A model generated the notes under the pieces. It was not told the origin of the DNA and made no database searches. It saw only the letters and a program-made list of their open reading frames with translations. Shown one piece after another: positions 32,071 through 46,000 of a DNA stretch of 64,000 bases. Positions within the stretch are counted from its first letter, which is position 1; each line of letters begins with the position of its first letter. The DNA is from Balanoglossus misakiensis (taxonomy: Eukaryota > Animalia > Hemichordata), in NCBI GenBank assembly GCA_040954595.2, contig CM082584.2:9877061-9941060 (forward strand), read 5' to 3'. The translations under genes were made by a program, and so were the position numbers.

Positions 32071-35000
32071 CTGCCTTGTGCAGATATTATGTATACTTGA
32101 AGCGATACTTCCCGTCCGCGGAGTGGGCGGCACCTCTGTTGTAATGAACAAAGACTTGCATAACGTGGGGGGGGGGGGGTTAACAAGACTCCCCACATTT
32201 AATATTGGTTGTACGGTGCATAATGCGACTGTGTGGCCATGGAAGTTCACGGACGATTACCTAAACGGTGTGACAGCACACTTGCAGACGTCCCTGTTTA
32301 AGAGCGCCCGCACTCAGCCATAACGACAAGCGAGGCCAATGGCGCCATTTTGTTTCCAATGTGACCTTTGAAACTTCTCTCCTTCCTGTGGGTGAGACAT
32401 ACTGAACCATGAAAAGTCTATTATCTTGGCCCTGTTTGTAAATACTATATTTTCTCAGTTATGAGGAATTCCTGGAGGTCACTCTAAAATATTATCACTT
32501 TTCGCTTACACGCAGCGTGACAGCTGATTCGACGATATTTCGATAAACCGAACACGAAGAAATTAAAAAAAAAGTCACCAAAATAAAATCAGAGATTGCA
32601 TTGTGGTCCCGTCAATCCAGGTACATGTCGCAGCTTGTCGTTTCATTTTTAACGATGGTTCCTCTGCGATTTCGGTGAAGTAGACTTTGGTCAGTGAACT
32701 CTATCGTTGGTTTGTGTGCTAAGTGTCTCTTCAATGTCTAATTGTGGTCATCCACCCATCCTTTTGACAGAATGATTCTTGCCGCGTTTTACGAGTTCAT
32801 AAACCATTGCTCCTATTCAGGGGGTATACTTGGAGAGCAGACATGTGACCGGAGCGGCGAGGTACAGCGCATGTGGCATAACGTCACGTTTTACGACGGC
32901 GTACAAGTTTCAGTGCCTGTACAGGTAGCCTGTATTGTCAGAGAGTATACAAAGTCATCTGGCGGCGCCCTTTGTGGTCGCTCATGTGACACGAGAAGAC
33001 GTCACGGCACGAAGATAAACTGTAGTCTTCGTGCTGTCGGGGTCATAAAACGAACTTCCTGGGGGACATTGCTTCGTCGCCACGGTCGACCTGAAGGTGA
33101 TCGAGAGTCCCTGATGTCCCACCGTTGTTCCACCGGAAAATTTCAGTCCAAATCTTCCACGTCATGTTTCCGAATGTTGATCAACAAACGCCCAAAGAAC
33201 CACTCCGAACTAAACACTAGGACAAAAACCTTGTGACGAAATGCGCATGCCCCATATTTCCTAAAATATTGCGTTGATGTAAGAAAGGTTCAAATATATG
33301 CAGTGAACGTTCACCGCTTTCCACATTTGAATATAGTGTGCAGTCATTCACGGGGCCCGGTGACCCATCACTACGTCTTGCAATGGCGTTTACTAGTATT
33401 GTGATATTATCATTTTGCACAAAAAGTTAGAATTGTCATGAGTCGAAGTACTCGTAGTTATACCAGCAAAGTCATTGACTTACAGAAGTAATGCCGAAGG
33501 TATACGCAGGTATTTGTCAACTTAAAAGGTCTGAGGGACAACAAATCGTACAATCCGAAGACCGAAAATTTACGCGGTTTCTCCCCTCGTCATTCGATTT
33601 GACAGTGGGTAAATTTGTTGGCACGGCCTGTGTGAGCTCCTAGCCTCTTAGAAGGAGAAATTCCATTCATTTTCACACACTACAGAGCGAATACTTGTGG
33701 TTTCGTTAATATCGATCGGGGGTCTCCGAAACGGTCGTCGCCAGGCGCATAACGCCCTAACGGTATGGGAGGAATTCGGGTCTTACAATGCCTCCCTAAT
33801 TAATCATACCTGGCATGTCACATCGCCCTCAGTGTGTTGGTATTTGTATAGCCCTTTCAAGTCTTGTCGTGTGATCAAACAAAGAGGTACTGTGCCATGT
33901 CGGTAATATCAGATGAAAGGTCGTGTCCTGGTGACTTTAAAAGAAACGCATTCGATCACCTCCAAGCTTTCTTACCCCGAAGTTTGTCTTTCTACTGTTT
34001 TTTTTTGGCATATTTTCCCGTTTTGTTCAACATTCACCACGATCGTCCCCCCCCCTCCCGCCCTTTTCTACACGTAATCATTACGTGACACATAAAGAAT
34101 CAAGAAACATGAGAATTGTGCCGTTTGCTCGTTACGTAAATGTGGGGTCGTTACTGGGCTCTGGGCAATGCACCAATGCATTCCTTGTGATTGTCGACTG
34201 CATCAGCACAGACAAATGACAGCTATGTAAAGACATCATCCATGTATTATATGGAAACGCAGAAACGAACCCGTGACACAAATAGTACACATTTACAGAG
34301 CAACCTATCGGGATGAGAGATGACTTTGTCGCCAATCGTCAGCATGCTCTTCTTGACTCTGCCGTTTCAGTCGCTACACTGACACCGGGGGAGGGGGGGG
34401 GGGCTGGAATAGACAATAACGACAGAATAGGTAATTTAGATTGACCGGTCGCAATAACTACTCGCTCAGACTGAATGCTACTTTGATAATGATGAGAAAA
34501 CCAAGTGATGCAACGATATCGGATCCGATCATCACAACTCAGTTCCCGAAACAGAAACGGATTCGCCACTTTCACTGTTGGTATTCTATCCGGAAATGCC
34601 TTTTCACGTCGACCGGGTTTTGTGCGAAACTCTGGAAGGCGATAGATGTTCAAAGGGGCCGAGTGGTGTGGTGGGAGCTTTCGATATCCTGTGGTCTGAA
34701 AGGTTAAAACGAGTAGATTCCGAGAAGAAATCCCTTCTCACCCAACATCTGGGGAAGGACATGGTGATTGCTGTATCTCATAGGGGCGGCTCATGCTGAT
34801 GATTTTGTGAATAAGTTGAATGTTTTCAGTGGTTTGCAGAAGTATCATATTCATTATATGATACTTCTCCGGACAGAAACACTGCCTGCATCGTCAATGT
34901 GATTTCGGAGTTGTACGTTGACACTAAAACGAAGTAATTTAAGCCAGTGACCTACATGGCCGAGGTGCATGGTGGTTTACTCTTGTTTATAGTGAACGCA

Positions 35001-37734
35001 TTCGATTGTTTCAACGCCGCCTCCCCCTTTGAAGACATCGGACGATGCCCAAATAAAGCACATATGGGGTGACAACGGAAAGGGGTCGTTATCCGCCGGT
35101 CGCCGCGCAAACAAGCGAATCACTCTAGCCAGGCGTGCTACAGCATCGCAAGACATGATTTAGAATATCTTGATCACGCTGTCTGACAACTGTCGTGTTC
35201 TGTCACAGGCACAAGTAGTTATTGTCAATTGTTGGTTGGCGTCGGGCGAGAGGACAGATTTGTGCGGCGAGTAGGGCTTCACAAGTCGGTGTCGGAGGTA
35301 TGCGTGACCTCACGACGAACCCGAAGAACTAAACAGATCAGGGGTGGCTTCGATCCAGGGGCAATATTGCAAACGACAGTGTGGACATAAAACCGTCAGT
35401 TTTCTGGAGCATAAATCGTTGTTGTCCAATGACCATACGTGGATTTTGTCCTGGCAGAATCAGTGCTATACTTTATTTTTCTGATTTATTTTGCAGTTTT
35501 GTTCTTCCTCTCACCCGTATAAGAGGAACAACAATTTAAAAGAACATACGGCAGTCATTCAATCACCACGTTGCACAGAAACACACGCACTCTTAAAAAT
35601 CCGCCCCTCCAGAGCTCGTCAAACTTTCTGTACAATTATGATTTGATTTGGACAGGAACTGGGCCATGCCTCGGCCATAAAATACACCTGACCCCGCGCG
35701 ATTTTAACTGGACGTATATGCAAGTGCACGCCGCCGATAAAACTGAAAAATATACAATGGTGACAGGCACTTGGCCTATTTTTGGTGTTAACCTGTACAC
35801 AATCAAGGGGAATTACTTCGTTTTGTTACTGTTAGTCACCCCATGCGTCCTACATGGGAAATTCATCATTTCGTCATCAAACAGGGATCGCAAGATATTC
35901 TTAATCTTTGGTTTTGTATTTTTCCGTCCATTTGTTTGGTCTGCCAGTTTCCCCCAATCACGGCCACACATACATGTATCACGCAGACACACATTTAGCA
36001 CGACCGTCAAGCGTGCACGCTCATTTGTTCCATTACGCACCCGTAAATATGATTACCTACATTATCGCTATACACGTCAACTTTAATAACTGGGCTGGGA
36101 ATCATTGGGTTTCGGCCGATCGCACGATATTTGTGCACACAAATGACGTCACCATATAAATATTAGGTATGTGTCATGGAGATTGCAATGCCGATGGAAC
36201 CGATATGGCGATCGTCTTGTTTTGGGAGATATTGGCTTTCGGAAAGTGACTTCGTTCATGTATCCCTCTCACAGATAGGATGGTGAGAGAGGTCTTGCTG
36301 TGTACTCGGGGAAACCGCTGTCTGTGTGGGTTTCTCGCAGAGCTTTCAGCGTAACTTGAGAACAACCACGCCACAATTATGGCGTGAGAGGTGAAATGTC
36401 ATGTATGCCCCAATAAATCATTTAATAAAACGCATATTAATTCGAAATGGGTGTGCACGGCGCGACATCACACCACCTTACGTCCACTTCCCATTCACGC
36501 CATGTCGACTGGCAGTTTCAAGACTGCCGTTACCACGCGGAGTGGCCGCCGGGAAGTGTTCGTTGCTAAGCAGGTAATCGCAACAGCCAATAATATTGAC
36601 ATTTCACGCGATGGTTACGTTGATTGGCCGAGACGAGGAGAGGGTGCCGTCGTCGGCCAGAGATAGCCATCGATGAATGAATGGCCGGACTACTTTTAGT
36701 TAAAAAATGGCCAAGCTGACCCGACAGGGTACGGCGATCTGGAAACATCGTTTTCAACAGATCACTGGCAAAACCCTATCACCGCAGGCGCAGAGAGGGG
36801 GAGGGGAGAGACAGATAGAGGAGAGAAGGGAAAGAGAGAGGGGAAAAGAGCGATAGAGAGATCCCCACACCCTTAAAAGATCACGCGAACCCTTATCGGT
36901 TTTGTCCTCTTTGACATTATTTCGGTAAGAGGGAAGTGGTCAGCTTGTATCGTTTTACAATCTGTCCTTCAACCTACTTTAAGAAAATACCAATCCCAGC
37001 TTTCAAGTTTCTAAAAAAACAACCAATGTTTAATTTGTCATCTCAAATCTATCGTGACACTGTTTCACCCCCTGTACAGGGTTAACTTATAAGATATGAA
37101 CTTCCCATGCAGGGTGTGGTATATCTTGAGATCTAGAAGATGATGTCTTCACTGCTGAGCTAGTTTGCTTAGCGGGTGTGCGGTTTTGATTAAAGCCATC
37201 GGCAAATCCATACGTCACGTATTGTAGGATCACATTCCTGTGATGTCTAGGAAGCCGTAGTTTCAACGAATTCGTTGATGATTTCTCCCCAAGAATATAG
37301 CTCTGAGATTAGTGGGGTATTCGCCGTTATGTACTGGTTATTAAACGCGACCTTTTAAAGGTTGAAACGGAAGACAAATTTTCGTCAGTACATGTATAGT
37401 ACATAAAGCAGGCCTTTGCTGCCTGGACAGGTGGTGAAAGAGAGCACTAGCCCTATTATGATAAGGTATCTTTGCCGAGATCCAGATAGACCGGATATTT
37501 TTTGTCAGGACAGAATCAGTCATTTTCCATTACATATACTACACAGATTCAAAGTGAGTGGACAGTTGGGATGCTTGTTGTTGATTTTGTGATAATTGAG
37601 CGTAATTTGGTCGAACCAGGAGACATCACATGATCACGAAACCCACACTTGTTGTAATAAAGTGTATTCACTGGATTTTGTCTCGAACGGTTAAATGTTT
37701 ATGATTTTCGCCAGGTGTAGCCGGATGAAATTTA

Positions 37735-38275
37735 TATTATAAACCCCTGCCTCAGCGGGATGCGTTGCGGCCGGGATTCTTTTAACTCACACTTTTATCA
37801 CTGAGAAGTACACACCACACGCATTTATTTACTCCTGATTAGCAGTGGGAACCATCGTCGCTGACACATTTCTTTCAAAATGTTGATATTTATCGAATGA
37901 TGGTGCCCCTATATTTTAACTCTATTCATAACGACTGACGGGATAATGGGGATTTTTAAATCCCTTTCTCGGTTGCTTTTGTGGTGGAAGTTATTGAATT
38001 CACATTCTGTAAATATCAGTCTATTTTTATCCGTTTCCGTTCTAATTTAAACCTGACCTATAAATAACTGCATTCACATCCATATCTATCATTTTTTATC
38101 AAATATGATTTAGTGCTCAATGAATCATTTTGGGCGATTCGATCACAGCGCCCTCTGCCGATTTTCCGGCTCAGTCTCCGACACTTGATTCGAAAATAAC
38201 CCATCTCGCGCAAGCACGCCCATTCAACATTACCGGCCGATATCGGCAATGCATCCCGCTGAGGGGTTTATAATA
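37735..38275. mobile_element. ~540-bp MITE-like element with ~30-bp imperfect TIRs
   Basis: Left TATTATAAACCCCTGCCTCAGCGGGATGCGTTGC; right GCAATGCATCCCGCTGAGGGGTTTATAATA (reverse complement apart from a small indel and one mismatch). Confidence 0.65.
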
Positions 38276-41200
38276 GAAATAAATAAGAAAAAGCAAGAAA
38301 CTAAAACATCACAGAAAGCAGCAAATATACAAACAAAAAAACATTTAAATAAACTAATGCACAGGCAGAAAGCAAGTCAGACAAAATATTTGAGTCACAT
38401 GATATTTATATAATTGTCTTATGGTAATGACTCACCTTTACTCTGCTAAAATTAATAATACAACGCGCTGTCTAGAAACTCTGTCAATAATGTGCAGGTA
38501 TACCATCAACAAACGTGTCCTTGACATACGTCACAATCCGCCAATTATCTTATCTGTCGGTGGCGACTCATTAATGTAATGTGTGGATAAAGTTCGTCCA
38601 CAGTTTTATCTCAATTTCAGCCGAGAGCACGTGATAAAATGACACGTGTTCACGATTACCCAATTTTATAATTTCTCTGCAAAAGATAATCTGAAAATGG
38701 TAAACATTTAGACGGCATAATTGGATCATCTATTAGAGTCTGGCAAATGTTCACAGTAATGTTTGACACGTGCGCTTCAAGTGTTTATTTTTAATTGCGC
38801 GTATACAACACGTCACGTGACAAATCGACATGCCGTGTTTACAAACACGGCGAGTGCGGGAATGTGGGTCTGGTATAATCCGGACATGTGACATAAACAA
38901 AGTAAAGTTCAAACGATGGTAACCATGCCCATATTTAATAAATGTACCTCATTTATATGCGGAGACAACGTTTCTGTTTTTGAGATTTTTAATTTTTTTT
39001 CCATCTGGAAAGTTACATTCTCATAAGACATTAACGTATAACTGGCTAGGAATTCAGTAAGAACACACTAATTGATTTGTACTTCTCAAAATGCCGCACC
39101 TTTTCAGTCATTGAGTCGAGATCCCCGTTCTTCCTTATTCACAAATTCAAAGTGAACAGCACAACAGAATAACATTTGCTGTACTTGACCAGGAAATGTT
39201 TCTTCCACTAAATTTGAACACGGATCTCCGGATTCGTTTTTAAAAGCACACAGTTTTATAGGCATGTCCGGTCACGGTGCTGTGGATCTGCTGCTGTGGC
39301 TGACTCCGACACTATGTCCCCCATTCAGTGACCCGTCTTCTCCCTGGCCAAAATACTACATCTATTCATTGAGAGCCCATCTTTACCTCGTTCGACCCTG
39401 CATTGGAACGTGCTGTGGGATTTTACTTTACAAATGTGGTCTCCCTAACTTCTGACCTAAGCTTCCCCGTGGCACTAAATGAATCGATGCACCGTAGACA
39501 AGGGTGCTCTGCCAATCGACAAATTATGCCAACATCTCAGTTGAAGGCTTGGCAACTCAAACACTTCAGTCGGTGCGCGCGACAAGCGTCCGATGAACTT
39601 TATTATATCCGCATGCATCGCATAGCTCGACGTGGTGTTTGTTGCTTGACGAGGGGAATTGGGCGGGGGTTAAACAAAACAAACCAGCGCAATATATGCT
39701 TTCATTTGTGCAATATTGAAGGAGAAATCTGAGTGCATTTTAGTCCGAAGTAAATCAAGACTTTATCCCAGACACATGAAATTCGTCCTATAGCAACTGA
39801 AGTATGACAGTTCAATAAACTCTAACAAAGTCGGTCTGTGATGCTTAAAAATTGTTTACTTTATTGTTTAATAATACAGATAATGTGATTTTGAAAAAAA
39901 ATCTCCATTCTTCATATCTGGAACGGGGCCACGACCCGAGAGAGCTGACTCTGTCTACAACTGGCACGTTTGGCCACCGTGGTCTGGTTGGCCCAGTGCT
40001 TGCAGGTGGTTTTGTTTCCAAGCTCATACCACCTGTTGCCCTTGGCGACGGATGATTATGCAAATATGTGTCACTCAAAGGAGCCGTGCTCTGTTATATA
40101 ATTTACACATTTTGTATATATGTGACGAACTTTAACGGACTGAGAAAATGCTGGTTGCACATGGGTTTCACAACACACGCTGTCTTATGCGGCATGCGGG
40201 TTGGAGCATGGAGCTAGCTCCATGGTTGGAGTCAGAGTACACGTGCTTGTGTCGGTGTCTTGCATGGTTCCTCGCTGGTTGTGCAAGTGCCCCATGCAAA
40301 GTTCTGCAGAGCGGTTTGTAGATCAAAGTATTTGACGAGGAGGTTTGTTGTGACTCAGGAGTTTCACGCTGTGGCGATCACCATGACCAGACGAATCTTG
40401 TTCACCTGGTCTCGGCCCTGTACAGGGTTAATGATTCATTACCTTGTGACAACCACGTGATCTTGAATTGCACTGTGGTGATACGCAGACCGATAACACC
40501 TGGAGTGGACACATAATAGCATATAGTAGTATTCACTTGGAATATCGTGGAGTTGCTTCCCTCTGGAACATAAACGACCCGGCGTTAAATAATAAATAAA
40601 ACACTTTTAAAATTGTGCGAAATTTATATAGTTATGACATGTAGCATTTAATCGTCATATCATATAGTACGCCCTCTCGCCCTAAATTACCGAGGTTTCT
40701 CTTTTCATCTATAATATACCTGCATCTCTCTTTAGTCCCAGTAGACGTACAGGAGAAACCATTATTCTCTGTGTCTGTCTCTGTCTGTCTGTATGTCTGT
40801 CTGTCTGTACCCCTCTTTGTCTTTGGGTTGTTGCATGGGGTTTACAATCATCTGTTCAAATGTAGCATATCTTGTATGCTATGTAAAGACGTCCTGTCAC
40901 TGTCAATGTTTTGCCAACGGAACAGAGACTGGTTTGTGCGACTGGCGTGGGCGTCGTCACTCTCCGAAATGTCATTTCTCACGTGACCACCTCAAACCCT
41001 TATTACCAATATGGAACACGTGTCTTTATAAAAGTAAAATGACCTAGATTCACACGAGCTGGGAGTATCGAATGATTCAAAGTGTTTCAGTATTATTAAA
41101 AAATTAATTCAGAAGATGTTTATGAACGTTCGATTGTTGAAATTTTTGTTCCAAATTGTTCTTGGGAGTATGATTAAATGTATGTCAATTGTCTTCCAAC

Positions 41201-42953
41201 AGCCTGTGTTTCAAAATATAGTAGCATATTGAAGTACTTTTCGGGGCAAAAAGAAACAAATTATTAATTGGAACATCGGTCTTATCCCTTTCCACTGTAC
41301 GGTTACGCTGATCTTTCTTAATACCCATATATACAATTTTAATTTGTTGCCCATGTGTCTATTGTCATAAATTCTAGATGTGGATCTGGCGTGAAATGTC
41401 AAACATGGGTATGTAATGTGCGACAGGTATTGAATATGCACCGAGTGTGACATATTAATGGATACATCTCTTGGATGATTTTTTACGTTGCAATCACGAG
41501 ACAACCCACGTTGTCCTTTATTTAATCTAATGCATAGTCGGATACGACAGTCTGCAAAAGTTCGTTATTTTCTGGGTCATTATTTTAATGCCTTCTGTAT
41601 GTTCGTACAATTTATAAAATAGAAACATTACATAACAAAGAGTACTATTTTTGATCCAGCTAGTCCGTTGCTGTTATATGCTAATTTTGCTTCATTGTCT
41701 GTAAATGTCATCGTGAAATTCGGTCGCCACTGTTACGTTTCCTTCGAATAAAATTCTCCCAAAATATACTAGACAAGACAGTGATAGAGGGATTCAAAAC
41801 TATATAAAAACCCGTGGGTTGTTCCCCAGATTAACACACGCATGCGCACGGTCACGAAGAGGTTTATGAACACACCTGATTCGGGTTGCTCCGCTCGACT
41901 TTTGACTGTCAACGATACCCGCATGATTCATGGCGGTATCTAATTATAGTTTTGAAAGACACGATGGGGCGAAAAGGGCTGCACGAGGCTCTCTCTGGCG
42001 GAGTTCCATCACGACTTCAGAAGTACCAAAGCTTGGTTACGTCACCCATATACGTTCCTTAACGACACAAAAAAATGAAGGAACAAGAATTGAAAGAAAA
42101 GCAACAATGTGGTCGACAAAGCAGATATTCTCGGGTGCACTGTCGCTAACTAGACTAAAGTGATGTCGTCGCGACTTTTTCCTCCAAGAAGTAAATATTC
42201 AACAAGTACACTTTGAAATAATGCAGACAATATCAAAATCATAGCATTCAAAACGAAAAAAAAGATAATGTCAAAATCGGGACTTTCAGAACACTCGATT
42301 TGCACGTGAATCGTGCGTGCACGGTGCATGTGGGCATAATCAGAAGTCAATTGTGATTTTTTCCACTGGGTCCCGAGCGCGCATGCTACATGTACTTGAA
42401 GACTGAAAAAACTACATTAAAAAATCGTCGAAATTTCCATCGCTATCATATAGTTTCCTATATGTAGGCAATACACATAGAGATTGTTAGAGAACGTCTC
42501 ATGCAACAGGATTCGGGCGATGGCCCTATTAGCATTTCATGTAACACGGCGAGTATCAGAGGAGGGCGTGTCTCCCCACCAGTAACCAACAATGAAATTC
42601 TGCATATGTATGCCAGACTGCCGTAGGCGATAGTGGTCGTGGTTCAAATGTAATTCAGCCGGGCTATTTATACATCGCGTTGCCAACGGAACATCAATAC
42701 GCCTAGCCACGCTTATTCACCACACAATCGTCGTTACTTAAAATAAAATTCAATATCTTCCGCATTTATCGGCGGTTGACATGGGAACATATTAAAAGAG
42801 CGAGGGATTGCTAGTAGGATTTTGCAAATTTGTCAGAAATATGCAAAAAGAGGTTTGATGATTTGAACATTTTGCCTGATGTGTATTCATCGCCCATCAC
42901 TTCACCTCATCATAATAATACATATGTACTATTGGCGGGTCAAGGCCTAGTTA

Positions 42954-43062
42954 CCGGTCATACACCCACTGCATCTAACTGTCGCAAAACGGTGATAGAT
43001 GTCTGTATTTGCACATTTCAAAGCCGGTCATACAGTACACCTATCTAACTGTCGCAAAAAGG
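42954..43062 (+). repeat. Two ~40-bp direct repeats, period about 70 bp
   Basis: CCGGTCATACA...ATCTAACTGTCGCAAAA.GG at 42954 and 43024. Confidence 0.6.
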
Positions 43063-46000
43063 CGATCCGAGAGTTTGATGTGCACACACAGCACAAATTA
43101 ATTTCTCGTCACTTCTATCGTTCGATTTCTCATTTCGACAAAGACCATTTAGGCCTAGTGCCTGTGTACACGAATGCTTAATAGTTCCAAGTTTACAATC
43201 AGAAAAAAAGATAACTTTCCACCTTCACAGTTCTCAATTTCTCTACCCTTTTATTCTTTCAGAACCGAAAATTGTACAGCAACTATGTAAAACACGTCTG
43301 CGCATGCACAGGTGAGTGATTCGTGCAGCAGATATTGACATTGACCACTTAAACATTCAATTGACTCAAGGTCACAGCTGAGATCAATCACGGAGGTCAC
43401 ACACTGTGCGTGAATAGGCAGGCTTTGATTTTCCCCAATAGTACCAGTCGTCGAAAATGTACGAACATGTAAGTTTTGTTCCGTCGTTGCCTAGGTAATA
43501 TGGGAAAATATAGTATAAAGATCTGCTTTCCTCAATTGGGTAATTCTATATGACAAATTCGACTTTTCGCATTTTCATTTTGCCCTGTCGATTTTGTCCA
43601 AACTCTTGAGAGCGAAATTGCTATATTTTATGATTGGCGTTATTAAATGCAAAATGATGGATACTCGTATTTTTATCTAGACTATTTTGAAGGTGTATTT
43701 CACACTAAAGTTTATTTGCAACGTATTCCACCAGATCGGCAACAGGTGAATAGGTTAGTTTTATGTGATTCTGAGGTGATTCTTCTAAACTGGCGAACTG
43801 TAGCTTGAAGAGCGATTTCCGTTACATTCCCCCCATCCGTTCGGTTATAAAGTAATGCATGATGTAAGCCCTATAGAAGTATTATAGTATTATTTTGAAT
43901 ATACAGGACGAATTCCCGTCGTCGTTTTGGATTATGTTGTCCGTATACGTTCAGAATATGTTATAGAACGTACCACGCTATATTGAGATCACTTTAGTAA
44001 AGAGTCGTTCGCAAAAAAGTAGAACTTTCGAGCGAGTTTCAGAATGACGTCAATTCTTACATGTTTTGACTGAGAGAGAGAGAGAGCACGCGCAACGTGG
44101 CTGCTTGAACGATTTATTGGATCCTCGGGTGAAAACGGGGCGCCTCCCGCTGCTCGAGAACATCAAAAGGAGAGATGATCCTCTCAGATCGACAAAGTGT
44201 ATTCCGACTCGATTTAAACAGTCCCCGTTTATCAGTAAACGCACTTTTCTCTAATGAATTCCACTGCTTTGTGTAGTACTACTATACAATCATAGTACAG
44301 TTCATTCATTCTAACGATGAAACGCTAGCTCCTCCTAGCATGCACCCAATAGTAAAAGGAAATTCACACCAAATGTCAAGGTTGCTGTAATTTAAACAAG
44401 GTTTGGTTTGTTTCCTTGGGTATTTCAATAAAAAGTGCATATAGTCGTGTAAAAAATTTGCATATTCTACAGCCTCCACTATAGGACTAAGCGCTCCGGG
44501 GTTTATGCATAAACACGCATAAATGCGTCTAATTTAAAGAAGTTGGTCCCGTGCCAGACCCAAAACGACGGTTTCCACCTCCTAATATTTTCACAACTTG
44601 CGCCACTTACGGCTGGCGCTTTCCCGATAGAGATTTCTCATCTGGAAATTACCCAACATTCCAAACAAATCCAGGTCCATTGACGTCAACAATTCAATGT
44701 TTACAATTCTATCGCCATTACCCTGCTTTAGTCAAGAGAAATTGTCTGGGTAATTTCTCCATATAAAGAGCTCTATCTTGCGTACAGAACCTAGTCAGGC
44801 ACAATAAAAAACTATCTTGATAAGTAAGGAATGTAAACAGTGGCCCAGAAGTTGGGCGTTTCCAATGGTTTAATTTTCAGTTATAAACACATGTGAATAT
44901 CCGAGTAAATGAAACGACGCGTTTCATTTTAAAGTATATGCTTGAACTTGAGCTGCATAGTTAATAAGATGGATCTTATTCATTCCATCGACAGAAGAGG
45001 CGGTGTGCTTTGGGAAGGTCACGTGACCGCAAAATTTCTGAAGTGTGCCATCGAAATGATAACTTGAACACTCTATCCAAATTTATGAAAGATGTCGTTT
45101 GGAGGAGTTCGGTTCTCCGTGGTTCGTTGAACACCAGGGTTCTTACAAATCCGCTATTCTGCAAAGACTGCACCACGATGGCGTCAAACTCTCACTTGCA
45201 CTGGCGGCGATGTTGACTTCGCTGCCACGTGTCATTGTGTGTGCCACGTTGTGTGAGAATCTCGTCCGTCTTTTATTATAGACAAATTAATGTCTGACAC
45301 GTCAAATGATGGAGGATCTTGTGTCGCCCGGTATGCGGCGACAGACGGACTATGTATATAGGCGTTAAATTTTATTTAGTAAATATAGACGTGCCACGTT
45401 GGCTTGGCTGGCTTCTTCCCTCTCACGAATTTGCCGAAATTTCTGGGTCGTCGCAACCCTGGCGCTCAGAATATCCGTTTGAGATAATCCGTTATTATCA
45501 AAGGCTGTTGTTGACTTATAGGGCAATAATCCCCCGAGATAATCGGGATGACTAGTTTAAAAACAACTCATTCATACTTGCAATCTCGTCCAAATCACAA
45601 ATCTGCGTATGTATACATGAATACAAGATATGTCATGAAATATTCATCCCCTGTTTCTACTTAAAGCGTTAGCTTCTATTACGGCTCAGTCCTCGGATTG
45701 GTGACGCGCAAGATGAGAAGTTTCCGATCACTGTCCTGGGTAGGGGTAACGCGGATGTCATCGCCCTGTGTCTAGACAGACAATCGGATATGTCGCGTCC
45801 AACTTCTTGGAGTTGTGTTACATGCCCCTATGAATAGAAGCTATCTCGCTTTGCCCTTAAAGGCCCGTATTTGTTGACGTGTACGTGGGCATTCTATATA
45901 GGTGTCAGAGACCTTTTCTCTGTGTGCGGAACTGTTTGTTGGCAAACAAAAGGTCAGCTGTGCATAACATACGCCCCCTTAAACAGAGAAATGCTTGACT

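Noticed and set aside
32742-36086. Longer ORFs of 164 aa (32742) and 171 aa (35571)
   Set aside because: Non-ATG starts, no domain motifs and a composition typical of random frames.
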